In this document: positions 10,017 to 19,464 of the stretch, one piece after another | Layout: each line of letters starts with the position of its first letter | Numbering within the stretch: position 1 is the first letter of the stretch | Assembly: GCA_963666515.2 (NCBI GenBank) | Contig: OY762897.2 | Span: 4,599,459 to 4,663,458 of the forward strand | Direction of reading: 5' to 3' | Length of the DNA: 64,000 nucleotides | Origin: Candidatus Binatia bacterium | GTDB taxonomy: Bacteria; Desulfobacterota; Binatia; UBA9968; JAJDTQ01 | The notes under the pieces: generated by a model | What the model was told of the DNA's origin: nothing | Seen by the model: only the letters and a program-made list of their open reading frames with translations | The model's database searches: none | Position numbers and translations under genes: made by a program

Positions 10017-12710
10017 GTGGATCCTGTTGATAAAGCGCTTGAGCTATCCTCCGGCTCGGCTTTTCATCGCTGTGCACTCCAAGTGAACACGCACCACTAT
10101 GGCAGCAAGTTTCGTGGTCAAGCTGTCGAGGGCGATGCACGATCTCATGCTGAGGCCATCATCGCAAAGGCGGCCGAAATCGGGGTTTCGGTGCTGGCTG
10201 TCACAAACCACAACGACGTCAGTGAAGTGCCCGTCTTCCGAGACGCCGCTGCGTCCTGTGGGATCACCATATTTCCGGGCTTTGAGCTTTCCTCTTCCGA
10301 AGGCATTCACGTTCTGTGTATTTACGCGCCCGATACCACCGAGGATCGACTTGGACGGTTCCTCGGTGAGTTCGGGATACGTGACACAGCGCCGTCCTCA
10401 GACCTGTCAAGTGACTCATTCGAAGAAATCCTTGCGAAAGTCCGAGAACAGGGAGGCATCTCGGTTGCCGCGCACGTAACGAACGAGAAAGGGCTCTTCA
10501 AGGCTCTTGATGGGCAGGCGCGAATTCAGGCTTGGACCGCTAAGGATCTCTTCGCGATTCAGATTCCTGGGTCCGTCGAGGATTTGCCCCAGGATGTTCG
10601 CCCGATTGTGGAGAACAAGAACCCCGATTACCGGCGACTTCACCCAGCCGGCGAGAATCTGGCCGTGGCAGTTGTTAATGCCAAGGACGTCGTGCAGGCC
10701 CAGGATTTGGACGATCACTCGGCCACCTGCTGGATCAAGATGTCCGAGGTGAGCGTCGAAGGGTTGAGACAAGCGTTCCTGGATCCGGGATCGCGTATCC
10801 GTCCCAATCCTAAAGAAGGCGAACTGGAATCGGAAGAGCACGCCGAGATGCTTAGTCTCGCCTGGGAAGGCGGATTCCTTGATGGCGTGGCGATGCACTT
10901 GAACTCCAACCTCAACGTCCTAGTGGGCGGGCGCGGGGCCGGCAAGTCCACGATAATCGAAAGCTTGCGCTACGTGCTGGGCTTGGAACCCGTTGGAGAG
11001 GAGGCACAAAAGGCCCACAAGGGAATCGTCGGCCAAGTGCTCCGGAGCGGGACGAAGGTCTCACTTCTCGCGCGTTGCTATCGTCCGGCAAAGCGCCAAT
11101 ACCGGATCGAGCGCACCGTGCCGAACCCGCCGGTGGTTCGCGACGAAAGCGGCCAGGTGTCAAGCCTCCTCCCGGGCGAGGTCCTCCCTCGCGTCGAGGT
11201 TTACGGTCAGCACGAAATTTCCGAACTCACCAGGAGCAGCGAGAAGCTCACCCGCCTTCTCGACCGATTCGTCGAACGCGACCAGTCTCTGGCCAGACGC
11301 AAGGCTGATGTCCGTCGAGACCTTGAGAAGACGAGGCGGTCGATTCTGGACGTGCGGGCCGAGCAGGAGCAGATCGGGGAGCGTCTGGCGACTCTTCCGG
11401 GTCTGGAGGAAACCTTAGAGCGCTTTCGGGAAGCTGGGCTGGAAGACCGTCTGCGCGACCGGAGTCTTATCGTTCGGGAGGAGCGGGTACTCGATTCGAT
11501 TCCCGAGCGCTTGGAGCCGTTGCGTGAATGCTTGGATAGACTCCGTCAGGAGATCCCCATTGACCGCGTGTTTCTCTCGCCAAAAGCGTTGGAGGAGTTG
11601 CCGGGTAAGGATATCCTCGCAGAAGCGGACGGGATCCTCGATACCCTGAGCCGGGAGATCGAGGAGTTGGTGCGGCAGTTAGAGGAAGCCTTGGTGCGAG
11701 CGGACGAGAGAATTAACGACATCCGTTCCCGTTGGGACGAGCGCAAGCGCGAAGTCCAGAAGGCTTACGAGAGAATCCTGCGTGAGCTCCAGAAGTCATC
11801 AGTGGACGGGGAGGAGTTCATCCGCCTGCGGCGTGAGATAGAGGGCCTCCGCCCGTTGCGGGAGCGAGAGTCCCTGCTGCAGCGCCTGGAAAATGAACAC
11901 CTGGAGCGACGGCGCACTCTTTTGGCCGAATGGGAAGACCTGAAGGCGGAGGAGTTTCGGCTCCTCGACCGGGCCGCGAGGAAGGTAGGCAGAAAGCTTC
12001 GCGACCGCGTCCAGGTGGAGGTAACCGCAGCCGGTAATCGAGAACCGCTATTTGACATGCTCAAAGAAGAGATTCGAGGTCGCCTTTCCGAAGCACTCGA
12101 TCAAATCAAGCAGTCGCCGGACCTATCATTGCCGGAGTTCGTCAACTGTTGCAGGGATGGTGCAGAGGCGGTGAAAAAAACCTACTCAATTCCACCCGCT
12201 CAGGCAGAACGTCTAGCCAAAGCGCCACTTGAGACTTTGATGCGGATTGAGGAGTTGGAATTGCCTCCTACGACCGCGGTCCGGCTCAATACAGCACCTT
12301 CTGGAGAGCCGCCGTCATGGCACGCGCTCGAAGATCTTTCGACAGGCCAGAAGGCGACAGCGGTGCTCCTGCTCCTGCTGCTGGAGTCAGACTCCCCCTT
12401 GATCGTGGATCAGCCGGAGGACGACCTAGACAACCGCTTTATCACCGAAGGTGTGGTTCCCAGAATGCGAGAGGAAAAGCGCTGCCGACAGTTTATTTTC
12501 TCAACCCACAACGCCAATATCCCGGTGCTTGGCGACGCCGAGCTTATTCTCGGGCTCACCGCAGCAGGCGGAGCGGACGGGGGAAAGGCGCGTATTGCCC
12601 CGAAACACATGGGCTCCATCGACAAACAATCGGTGCGGGAGCTTGTCGAGGATATTCTGGAAGGCGGAAAGGACGCCTTTGAGACGAGGCGGCTGAAGTA
12701 CGGGTTCTGA
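10017..12710 (+). CDS. PHP phosphoesterase + SMC/ABC-type ATPase fusion (Ppl/TrlF-like defence protein)
   Basis: PHP-like AVTNHN, FPGFELSSSEGIH, AAH. Walker A GGRGAGKST, long coiled coil, signature LSTGQK, Walker B/D-loop LIVDQPEDDLDN, H-loop STHNANI. Confidence 0.85.
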   Translation: MDPVDKALELSSGSAFHRCALQVNTHHYGSKFRGQAVEGDARSHAEAIIAKAAEIGVSVLAVTNHNDVSEVPVFRDAAASCGITIFPGFELSSSEGIHVLCIYAPDTTEDRLGRFLGEFGIRDTAPSSDLSSDSFEEILAKVREQGGISVAAHVTNEKGLFKALDGQARIQAWTAKDLFAIQIPGSVEDLPQDVRPIVENKNPDYRRLHPAGENLAVAVVNAKDVVQAQDLDDHSATCWIKMSEVSVEGLRQAFLDPGSRIRPNPKEGELESEEHAEMLSLAWEGGFLDGVAMHLNSNLNVLVGGRGAGKSTIIESLRYVLGLEPVGEEAQKAHKGIVGQVLRSGTKVSLLARCYRPAKRQYRIERTVPNPPVVRDESGQVSSLLPGEVLPRVEVYGQHEISELTRSSEKLTRLLDRFVERDQSLARRKADVRRDLEKTRRSILDVRAEQEQIGERLATLPGLEETLERFREAGLEDRLRDRSLIVREERVLDSIPERLEPLRECLDRLRQEIPIDRVFLSPKALEELPGKDILAEADGILDTLSREIEELVRQLEEALVRADERINDIRSRWDERKREVQKAYERILRELQKSSVDGEEFIRLRREIEGLRPLRERESLLQRLENEHLERRRTLLAEWEDLKAEEFRLLDRAARKVGRKLRDRVQVEVTAAGNREPLFDMLKEEIRGRLSEALDQIKQSPDLSLPEFVNCCRDGAEAVKKTYSIPPAQAERLAKAPLETLMRIEELELPPTTAVRLNTAPSGEPPSWHALEDLSTGQKATAVLLLLLLESDSPLIVDQPEDDLDNRFITEGVVPRMREEKRCRQFIFSTHNANIPVLGDAELILGLTAAGGADGGKARIAPKHMGSIDKQSVRELVEDILEGGKDAFETRRLKYGF

Positions 12711-12719
12711 GAGCTTTCG

Positions 12720-13946
12720 ATGAACAAGGCCGAATTGATCGAGCTAATCCGCAATGGTGAGAACTCGGGCGTCGAGTTCAAGCGCGACGATATCACCGCG
12801 GAGAAGTTGGCTGGAGAGGTGGCAGCCCTTCTGAATCTGGAGGGAGGACACATTATCCTCGGCGTCGAAAACGATGGAACCGTCACGGGCCTTACTCGGC
12901 ATCACGCGAAGGCCGAGGAATGGGTAATGGAAACGGCTCGCACGCACCTTCAACCCGCCACGATTCCGTACTGGGAGAAGATCAGTTGGGACGGGGATAA
13001 GGTGGTCGGCATCGTGTCGCTCCCCGCAGATGCGCCGGACAAGCCCTACAAAGCAAAGCGTCGCTCGTTTTGGGTCTCGAAGGTGCGAGTCGGAACGACG
13101 ACCCGCGACGCAACACGCGAAGAAGAGCAACGGTTGTATCAACAATCCGGGCAAATCCGTTTTGGGCTGAAACCTGTTCCCGGAACCACTCTTGGTGCGC
13201 TTGATCGCCGGCGTTTGTGTGATTATTTTGTCCGCATTTTGGGTGGTGATGTTCCGGCCGAGGGGGACGTTGAGGGATGGCAGAGACTGCTCCACAATAT
13301 GGACTTGGCCACGACAACTGCGGGGCGCGTTGCGGCAACCGTAGATGGTGTCATCATCTTTGGCCAGAACCCCGATCGTTTCCTCCCACAATCGGGCGTC
13401 CGAGCCGTCTGTTACCCTGGTCAGGAGCCGGATTATGCAACCCGTGCGGACGAAGATCTGAGGGGACCTCTGGTTCCGCTTGGCGCCCGCGATGGTTCGC
13501 TGGTTGAACCAGGGTTGATCGATCAGGCATGGGACTTCGTGCGGCGAAATACCATTCCGTCAGCTCGGCTGGAAGGTGCGCGACGGATCGACCGCTGGGA
13601 CTATCCCGAAGCAGTGGTACGCGAGGCCGTCGGCAATGCCTTGGTTCATCGTGATTACAGCATCGCAGGCACCGACGTCATGCTGGTCCTCTTCTCCAAC
13701 CGTCTCGAAATCGTGAGTCCGGGGCGTCTGCCAAACACGGTTACGCCGGAAGGGATGAGGTCAGGGATGCGCTATGCCCGCAACCAGACCTTGGTCAATG
13801 TCATGCGCGATTACGGGTACGTCGATGCCCGCGGAATGGGGGTGCGGAACAAGATCATTCCTGGAATGCGTGCACATAACGGCACGGAGCCCGATTTGAT
13901 CGAGGAGGAGCACCGCTTCACTGTCCGTTTGTGGAAGGAGAGTTGA
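12720..13946 (+). CDS. Schlafen/AlbA_2 domain + HATPase_c_4 (RecG C-terminal-like) protein
   Basis: GENSGVEFKR, LLNLEGGHIILGVENDG (AlbA_2). REAVGNALVHRDYS, EIVSPG, RNQTL, GMGV (HATPase_c_4). Confidence 0.85.
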   Translation: MNKAELIELIRNGENSGVEFKRDDITAEKLAGEVAALLNLEGGHIILGVENDGTVTGLTRHHAKAEEWVMETARTHLQPATIPYWEKISWDGDKVVGIVSLPADAPDKPYKAKRRSFWVSKVRVGTTTRDATREEEQRLYQQSGQIRFGLKPVPGTTLGALDRRRLCDYFVRILGGDVPAEGDVEGWQRLLHNMDLATTTAGRVAATVDGVIIFGQNPDRFLPQSGVRAVCYPGQEPDYATRADEDLRGPLVPLGARDGSLVEPGLIDQAWDFVRRNTIPSARLEGARRIDRWDYPEAVVREAVGNALVHRDYSIAGTDVMLVLFSNRLEIVSPGRLPNTVTPEGMRSGMRYARNQTLVNVMRDYGYVDARGMGVRNKIIPGMRAHNGTEPDLIEEEHRFTVRLWKES

Positions 13947-14345
13947 CTTGTTCTAAGCGTTCGCATGAACAGAAGCCGGACAAGGAGCCAGAGCTACGCT
14001 CAAAACTGGTGCACGGGCAGAGTTCGAGGAGGCGGCGCAACTCTGCTGAAATGGGGTTTGAAGACCAATGTTGCAGCGAGAAAGGAAAAGCAAATAGGAA
14101 AACCAGTAAGGTTTACAGGGTTCGCCTACGCGTAAAGTGCTGCCTTAAACCCCCAAACCGGAAGCCCGCGGGCACCCCTGCCGGTGCCATAGCAGCCCTA
14201 CCGTCATGTCCCGGCAGTCAGCAGGGGTGCCTTGAGGTTTTCGACACAAGGCAATCCAGCACCCCTCCACCGAGTTGGGAGTTCAGCTTCCAGTCAAAGT
14301 CGCCTGGGGCTTGGAAAAGTACATACAGATCAAACACTCCTGACC

Positions 14346-15482
14346 TCACCCTTTCTCCCCAACCCCCTCCCGCGTCTCCTCCACCACCAGGTCCACCACC
14401 GCGCGTAGCGCCTCCGCGTCGGTGTCTCCTTCCAGGCGGCGCAGGCGGTACAGGTCCACTTGGCGGTCGGCGGCGGCGCCTTCGCGGATGATGGCGAGGG
14501 TGTGGCGCACTTCGGCCTCGCAGCCCAGGGCGCGAGCGTCGTCGGCCAGTTCTTCCACCAGTTCGGCGGCGAAGTCCGCGACGTCCTTGCGGCCTCCGTG
14601 CTCGGTGTCGCCGTGGAAGCCGAGCACGCCATATCGTTGGGCGAGCCAGCGGTTCTCGGCGATAATCTCGGTGGGCGGTTCCTGCGGCAGGGCGCCGTCG
14701 CGGTCGAGGCGCGACAGGCGTCGGATGAGACACGCGTACAGGGCGGCGATGCACATGGCATCGTCGATGCGCGGGCATATGTCGCAGATGCGCAACTCGA
14801 TGGTGGGGAAGCGCACGGACGGGCGGATGTCCCACCACAACTCGGTGCCGTCGCCGATGAGTCTCAGGCGCTGGTAGTCGGCTACAAGCTGATCGAATTC
14901 GGCCCGGGACCACAGGGGACCCGGCACGCCGGTGCGCGGCAACGCTCCGAGCAGTGTCAGCCGGTAGGACTTGAACCCGGTCTCCCGCCCGCCGCTGAAG
15001 GGCGACGAACCGGAAAGGGCGTGCAGCAGCGGCATGTAGCGCCGCATGGCCGTCATGACGCGGATGCGCGAGTCGGCGTCGCCGAAGCTCGCGTGGATGT
15101 GCATGGCGCTCACCAGGAACCGGCGCGCGTCCTCCTGGAACTGGTTGGCCAGCCGTTGGTACCGTTCCTTGGGGGTGTGCATCTGGGATTCCCACGCCGC
15201 GAAGGGGTGGGTCGACGCGGCCATCACCGCGGCGCCGTGCCGGCGCGCGCCCTCGGCCGCGATGGCGCGCGTCTCTTGAAGCGCGCCGCGCAGCTCGGCC
15301 ACCGACTCGCATACGCGCGTGTTGCATTCGATCTGGGAGCGAATGAACTCGTGGACGAACAAGTGGGGCCCGCGGTTCTTCTCACACCAGTCGAAGATCC
15401 CGGGATCCGGGTCGGCGATCATGTCCCGGGTTTCCGGGTCGACCAGAAAGAACTCTTCCTCGATGCCGAAGGTGATGTCCAT
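14346..15482 (-). CDS. ybdK: Carboxylate-amine ligase / glutamate-cysteine ligase 2 (YbdK family)
   Basis: FGIEEEF, AASTHPF, MHIH, SSPF, LWWDIRPS..FPTIELRICD. Confidence 0.9.
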   Translation of the reverse strand: MDITFGIEEEFFLVDPETRDMIADPDPGIFDWCEKNRGPHLFVHEFIRSQIECNTRVCESVAELRGALQETRAIAAEGARRHGAAVMAASTHPFAAWESQMHTPKERYQRLANQFQEDARRFLVSAMHIHASFGDADSRIRVMTAMRRYMPLLHALSGSSPFSGGRETGFKSYRLTLLGALPRTGVPGPLWSRAEFDQLVADYQRLRLIGDGTELWWDIRPSVRFPTIELRICDICPRIDDAMCIAALYACLIRRLSRLDRDGALPQEPPTEIIAENRWLAQRYGVLGFHGDTEHGGRKDVADFAAELVEELADDARALGCEAEVRHTLAIIREGAAADRQVDLYRLRRLEGDTDAEALRAVVDLVVEETREGVGEKG

Positions 15483-15708
15483 GAGTTCACCCGATTTGGT
15501 GCTGGTTCCGTTGCCTTCCCTTGCCCGACCGTTGCTTTCCTTTATCCTATCTTACCATAACCGCGATGTGGCCCGAGTTTCCAGGTTCCGTTTCACTTTA
15601 TCTTCTTTCGAGGGTCACCCAATCGCAACAACGGACGGCTAAGGATGAACGTGTGGTCGCCCTCGGACCTTCTCAGAAACCGAAACAGTACGAAAAGGGA
15701 GGACAGTC

Positions 15709-17610
15709 ATGGCAGGCACCGCCGAAAGGCACGAAGCATCAACCGACGAGTTCGACGAGGCTCGCGATTCGCAACCCGCGGAAACCGATTTCGCCAGGCT
15801 GGCCGCCAGGGCCGTCTCCCGGCGCGGTTTCCTGAGCGGCAGCGCCGCCTTCGCGGCCTCCGCGTTCGTCATGAGCACCGGGGTGCTGAAGCCCCTGGCC
15901 GCTCTCGCCAGCAACAGCCGCTTCGGCTTCGAGGCGGTGGCGGCCAATACCCTGGACACCGTTACGGTTCCCAAGGGCTACAGTTGGCACGTGGTGGCCA
16001 GGTGGGGTGATCCCCTGTGGTCGCGCGGCACGGATTTCGACCAGGTGACCCGCGGCACCGGCGCCAGCCAGGAGCTGGCCTTCGGCGACAACAACGACGG
16101 TATGGCGCTGTTCAACCACCGCGGCCGGAACGTGCTCGCGGTCAACAACGAGTACGTGAACCTGGGCATCATCTTCGGCGGCAAGGGTTCGGGCAAGCCC
16201 GCCAACGCCGACGACGTGCGCAAGGGCAAGGCCGGACACGGCGTGTCCGTGCTGGAGATCGCCCGCAAGGGCGGCCAGTGGTCCATCGTCAAGGACTCTC
16301 CGTACAACCGCCGGATCACGCCGGATACTCCGATGGAGATCACCGGGCCGGCCCGGGGCCACGCGCTGCTCAAGACCGCTGCCGACCCTGCGGGCGCCCG
16401 CAGCTTCGGCACCTGGAACAACTGCGGCAACGGCCGCACCCCCTGGGGCACCTATCTCGCGTGCGAGGAGAACTTCCACGACTATTTCTCGTCCAGCGAT
16501 CCGGACATCAAGGTGTCCTCCGAGCTCAAGCGCTACGGCGTGGGCGCCAAGGACGAGGGCTACGCCTGGGCCGCCACCGACGAACGCTTCGACATCGCCA
16601 AGCATCCCAACGAGCCCAACCGCGCCGGCTACATCGTCGAGATCGATCCGCTGGACCCCAAGTCCACCCCGAAGAAACGCACCGCCCTCGGCCGCTTCAA
16701 GCATGAGAACGCCGAGGTGGTGCTGGCCGCCAACGGCCAGGTGGTGGTCTACATGGGCGACGACGAGCGCGGCGAGTTTCTCTACAAGTTCGTGAGCGAA
16801 GGGCGCTACGCGGAGGGCGGCAACAACGCCGACCTGCTGGAAACCGGCAAGCTCTACGTGGCCAAGTTCGCCGACGGCGGCCGGGGCCAATGGCTGGAGC
16901 TGACCCCCGAGGCCGCGGGTATGGCTTCCATGGCGGAGGTCTGCATCCATACCCGCATCGCCGCCTCCGCGGTGAAGGCCACGACCATGGACCGCCCCGA
17001 ATGGGTGGCGGCGAACCCGAGGAAGGCCGAGGTCTACTGCGCCCTCACCAACAACAAGAACCGCGGCAAGAAGCCCAACGCCGGCGGCGACCCGACTCCC
17101 GTGGGCGGGCCCAACCCCCGCGCCGGCAACCGCTACGGCCAGATCGTGCGCTGGCGGCCCGACGGCGGTAACCACTTGGCCACCGGGTTCGCCTGGGACC
17201 TGTACGTGATGGCGGGTAACCCCGGTGTCCACAGCGACGCCAACGCCGGCTCGAAGAACGTCAACAAGGACAACATGTTCAACTCCCCCGACGGCCTCGC
17301 CTTCGACCGCAACGGCATGCTGTGGATCCAGACCGACGGCAACTACTCCAACGCCAAGCGTTTCGCCGGACAGGGCAACAACCAGATGCTGGTGGGTGAC
17401 CCGGTGACCGGCGAGATCCGCCGCTTCCTGGTGGGTCCCAGGCAGTGCGAGGTCACCGGCATCGCCTGGAGCGCTGACCGAAGGACCCTGTTCGTCGGCA
17501 TCCAGCATCCCGGCGAGGAGGGCGACAGCCACTTCCCCGACGGCGGCGACACCGTCCCCCGCTCGGCCGTGATCGCGGTGACCCGCGACGACGGCGGCCT
17601 GATCGGCTGA
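15709..17610 (+). CDS. phoX: PhoX family alkaline phosphatase (Tat-exported)
   Basis: SRRGFL Tat motif; GDNNDGM, NNCGNGRTPWGTYLACEEN, GRFKHE, MDRPEW, NSPDGL, IQHPGE. Confidence 0.93.
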   Translation: MAGTAERHEASTDEFDEARDSQPAETDFARLAARAVSRRGFLSGSAAFAASAFVMSTGVLKPLAALASNSRFGFEAVAANTLDTVTVPKGYSWHVVARWGDPLWSRGTDFDQVTRGTGASQELAFGDNNDGMALFNHRGRNVLAVNNEYVNLGIIFGGKGSGKPANADDVRKGKAGHGVSVLEIARKGGQWSIVKDSPYNRRITPDTPMEITGPARGHALLKTAADPAGARSFGTWNNCGNGRTPWGTYLACEENFHDYFSSSDPDIKVSSELKRYGVGAKDEGYAWAATDERFDIAKHPNEPNRAGYIVEIDPLDPKSTPKKRTALGRFKHENAEVVLAANGQVVVYMGDDERGEFLYKFVSEGRYAEGGNNADLLETGKLYVAKFADGGRGQWLELTPEAAGMASMAEVCIHTRIAASAVKATTMDRPEWVAANPRKAEVYCALTNNKNRGKKPNAGGDPTPVGGPNPRAGNRYGQIVRWRPDGGNHLATGFAWDLYVMAGNPGVHSDANAGSKNVNKDNMFNSPDGLAFDRNGMLWIQTDGNYSNAKRFAGQGNNQMLVGDPVTGEIRRFLVGPRQCEVTGIAWSADRRTLFVGIQHPGEEGDSHFPDGGDTVPRSAVIAVTRDDGGLIG

Positions 17611-17640
17611 GCCGCCGTTCCGTGGAGTGACGCCCCTCCA

Positions 17641-17745
17641 CCCGTCATTCCGGCGAAAGCCGGAATCCAGGGGAGGAGGCGTGTGGCGGCTGTGCTTCCC
17701 CCGGCCCCACCCCTCCTGGATTCCGGCTTTCGCCGGAATGACGGG
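17641..17745. repeat. REP family A inverted doublet (REPIN-like)
   Basis: gtcattccggcgaaagccggaatccag (17644-17670) and its reverse complement (17716-17742) flank a 45-bp spacer. Confidence 0.88.
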
Positions 17746-17875
17746 GGCAGGGCCTTGGCGAGGTGTTCGGTGACAAGGTTGCAGACGGGAACCCGACGTT
17801 GTATATGGGCGGTCTGCGGTGAAGCGATTCACCGGTCCCGACATCCGGGCATCGGATGGGATCGCCGACGTGAGC

Positions 17876-18625
17876 ATGATCACGGCCAATCAAGCAATCC
17901 TTTCCCTCCTGGCCTTGGCGTTCTCCCTGACCCTGCTCCACTCCGATGGCTGGGCCTGCACGAACGCCGGAGGCGCGAGCGCGGAAGCCGACTGCAAGCA
18001 GGAAGAGGGCGCCCGATCCCGTCAGGACCACGAATCCCCGGTCCGCGACGACCCCGGACGGATGGTCCACATCGAGCGGATGACGTGCCAGGACGGGGCG
18101 GTGGCCCGGTGGCACCCCGTGGACCGCGACGTGGTGACCTTCAGGGTCAACGATTGGGCCGGCGTGTCCCTCGAGGTGGCGCTGGCTGTGCGCCGCGGCG
18201 TGCTGCAGTGGAACCGGGTGCAGCCGTTCTATGCCATGTGGGAAACGGGGAACAAGGAGGCCGATATCACCATCGAGTTGTACGACGACGTGTTGCCCGG
18301 GATCGTAGGCGCCACCAAGGTGAAATGCCGCAACGGCCGGGAAGGCATCCGCAAGGCGTACGTCTACCTCGGGCTCCGGGGGGTGGGCGCCGTGGAGGCC
18401 CAGAACATGACCGCGCACGAGATCGGGCACGCCATGGGGTTGGGCCATTCGAACCGCAGCCACGACCTCATGGACGCCGAGCTGGCGGAGAAGGACATCG
18501 ACGAGCGGATGATATGCCCCAGCAACCTCAATCGGGCGGGACTGATCGCGGGAACGCACTCCTACGCGATTCCCGAGAAGGAGTGGGCCGAGGTGGTCGA
18601 CTGCTGGGGACGGACCAGCGGATGA
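17876..18625 (+). CDS. Secreted matrixin (M10)-like zinc metalloprotease
   Basis: HEIGHAMGLGH metzincin motif followed by the DLM Met-turn; hydrophobic N-terminus. Alternative start GTG 17819. Confidence 0.8.
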   Translation: MITANQAILSLLALAFSLTLLHSDGWACTNAGGASAEADCKQEEGARSRQDHESPVRDDPGRMVHIERMTCQDGAVARWHPVDRDVVTFRVNDWAGVSLEVALAVRRGVLQWNRVQPFYAMWETGNKEADITIELYDDVLPGIVGATKVKCRNGREGIRKAYVYLGLRGVGAVEAQNMTAHEIGHAMGLGHSNRSHDLMDAELAEKDIDERMICPSNLNRAGLIAGTHSYAIPEKEWAEVVDCWGRTSG

Positions 18626-19422
18626 GGCCCGTCGACTGCACCATCCCGTCCGCCTTGACCGATTTTCCTGACATCGAAAAGGCTCTGGAGGGCAGACCGG
18701 CCGCCGTGTTCCTCGACTACGACGGCACGCTGACTCCCATCGTGGACACGCCTGCGCAGGCCGTGCTTTCCGAGGCCATGCGCGAGACCGTTCGCCGCCT
18801 CGGCGACCGTTGCGTCACGGCCGTGGTCAGTGGACGCGCGCTCGATGACGTGCAGGAACGGGTCGGGCTCGACAATCTCTTCTACGCCGGGAGCCACGGT
18901 TTCGATATCGTCGGGCCGGCGGGTTCCGGCATCCGACACCAGGTCGGGCAGGAGTTCCTCCCGGCGATCGAGGAGTTGGACCGGCGGCTCCACGGCGCCC
19001 TCGCGCAAGTCCCGGGCGTGTTGCTGGAGACCAAGGGCTACTCGATATCCGTTCACTACCGGCTTGCGGAAGAGGCTGCGGTGCCGGAGGTCGAAGCCGT
19101 GGTCGACGATCTCCTGCAAGACTCCCCCAGGCTCCGCAAGAACCATGGCAGGAAGGTGTTCGAGATCAGGCCCTGCTTCGCTTGGAACAAGGGCAAGGCG
19201 GAGGAGTGGATCCTCCAGGTCCTTGGAGGCGGTCACGTACCCTTCCACCTCGGCGACGATACCACCGACGAGGATGCCTTCGAGTTCGTGGTCTGCAGGG
19301 GGGTGGGGATCCTCGTGGCGGACGAGCCCAGGCCGACGGCGGCGCGTTACCGTCTCCAGGACCCCGCCGCGGTGGGACGGTTCCTCGAACGCCTTGCGCG
19401 GGCGGTCCATGAGCCCGGGTGA
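18622..19422 (+). CDS. otsB: Trehalose-6-phosphate phosphatase
   Basis: FLDYDGTLTPIV, SGR, YAGSHG, VHYR, EIRP..WNKGKA, GDDTTDEDAF. Confidence 0.9.
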   Translation: MRPVDCTIPSALTDFPDIEKALEGRPAAVFLDYDGTLTPIVDTPAQAVLSEAMRETVRRLGDRCVTAVVSGRALDDVQERVGLDNLFYAGSHGFDIVGPAGSGIRHQVGQEFLPAIEELDRRLHGALAQVPGVLLETKGYSISVHYRLAEEAAVPEVEAVVDDLLQDSPRLRKNHGRKVFEIRPCFAWNKGKAEEWILQVLGGGHVPFHLGDDTTDEDAFEFVVCRGVGILVADEPRPTAARYRLQDPAAVGRFLERLARAVHEPG

Positions 19423-19464
19423 CACCGGCCCGGGTGGGATGCCGGCGCGGACGTGCGCCGATCC

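Noticed and set aside
13931-14491. 186-aa ORF after the AlbA_2 gene
   Set aside because: Low complexity, overlaps ybdK antisense, no recognisable domain.
17641-17745. Palindromic repeats as a CRISPR array
   Set aside because: Only inverted pairs or singletons, no direct repeat-spacer periodicity and no cas genes; these are REPs.
17683-19422. 579-aa ORF ending in OtsB (likewise 52653-54968 ending in IlvD)
   Set aside because: The upstream parts overlap real genes in another frame; real starts are 18622 and 53295.
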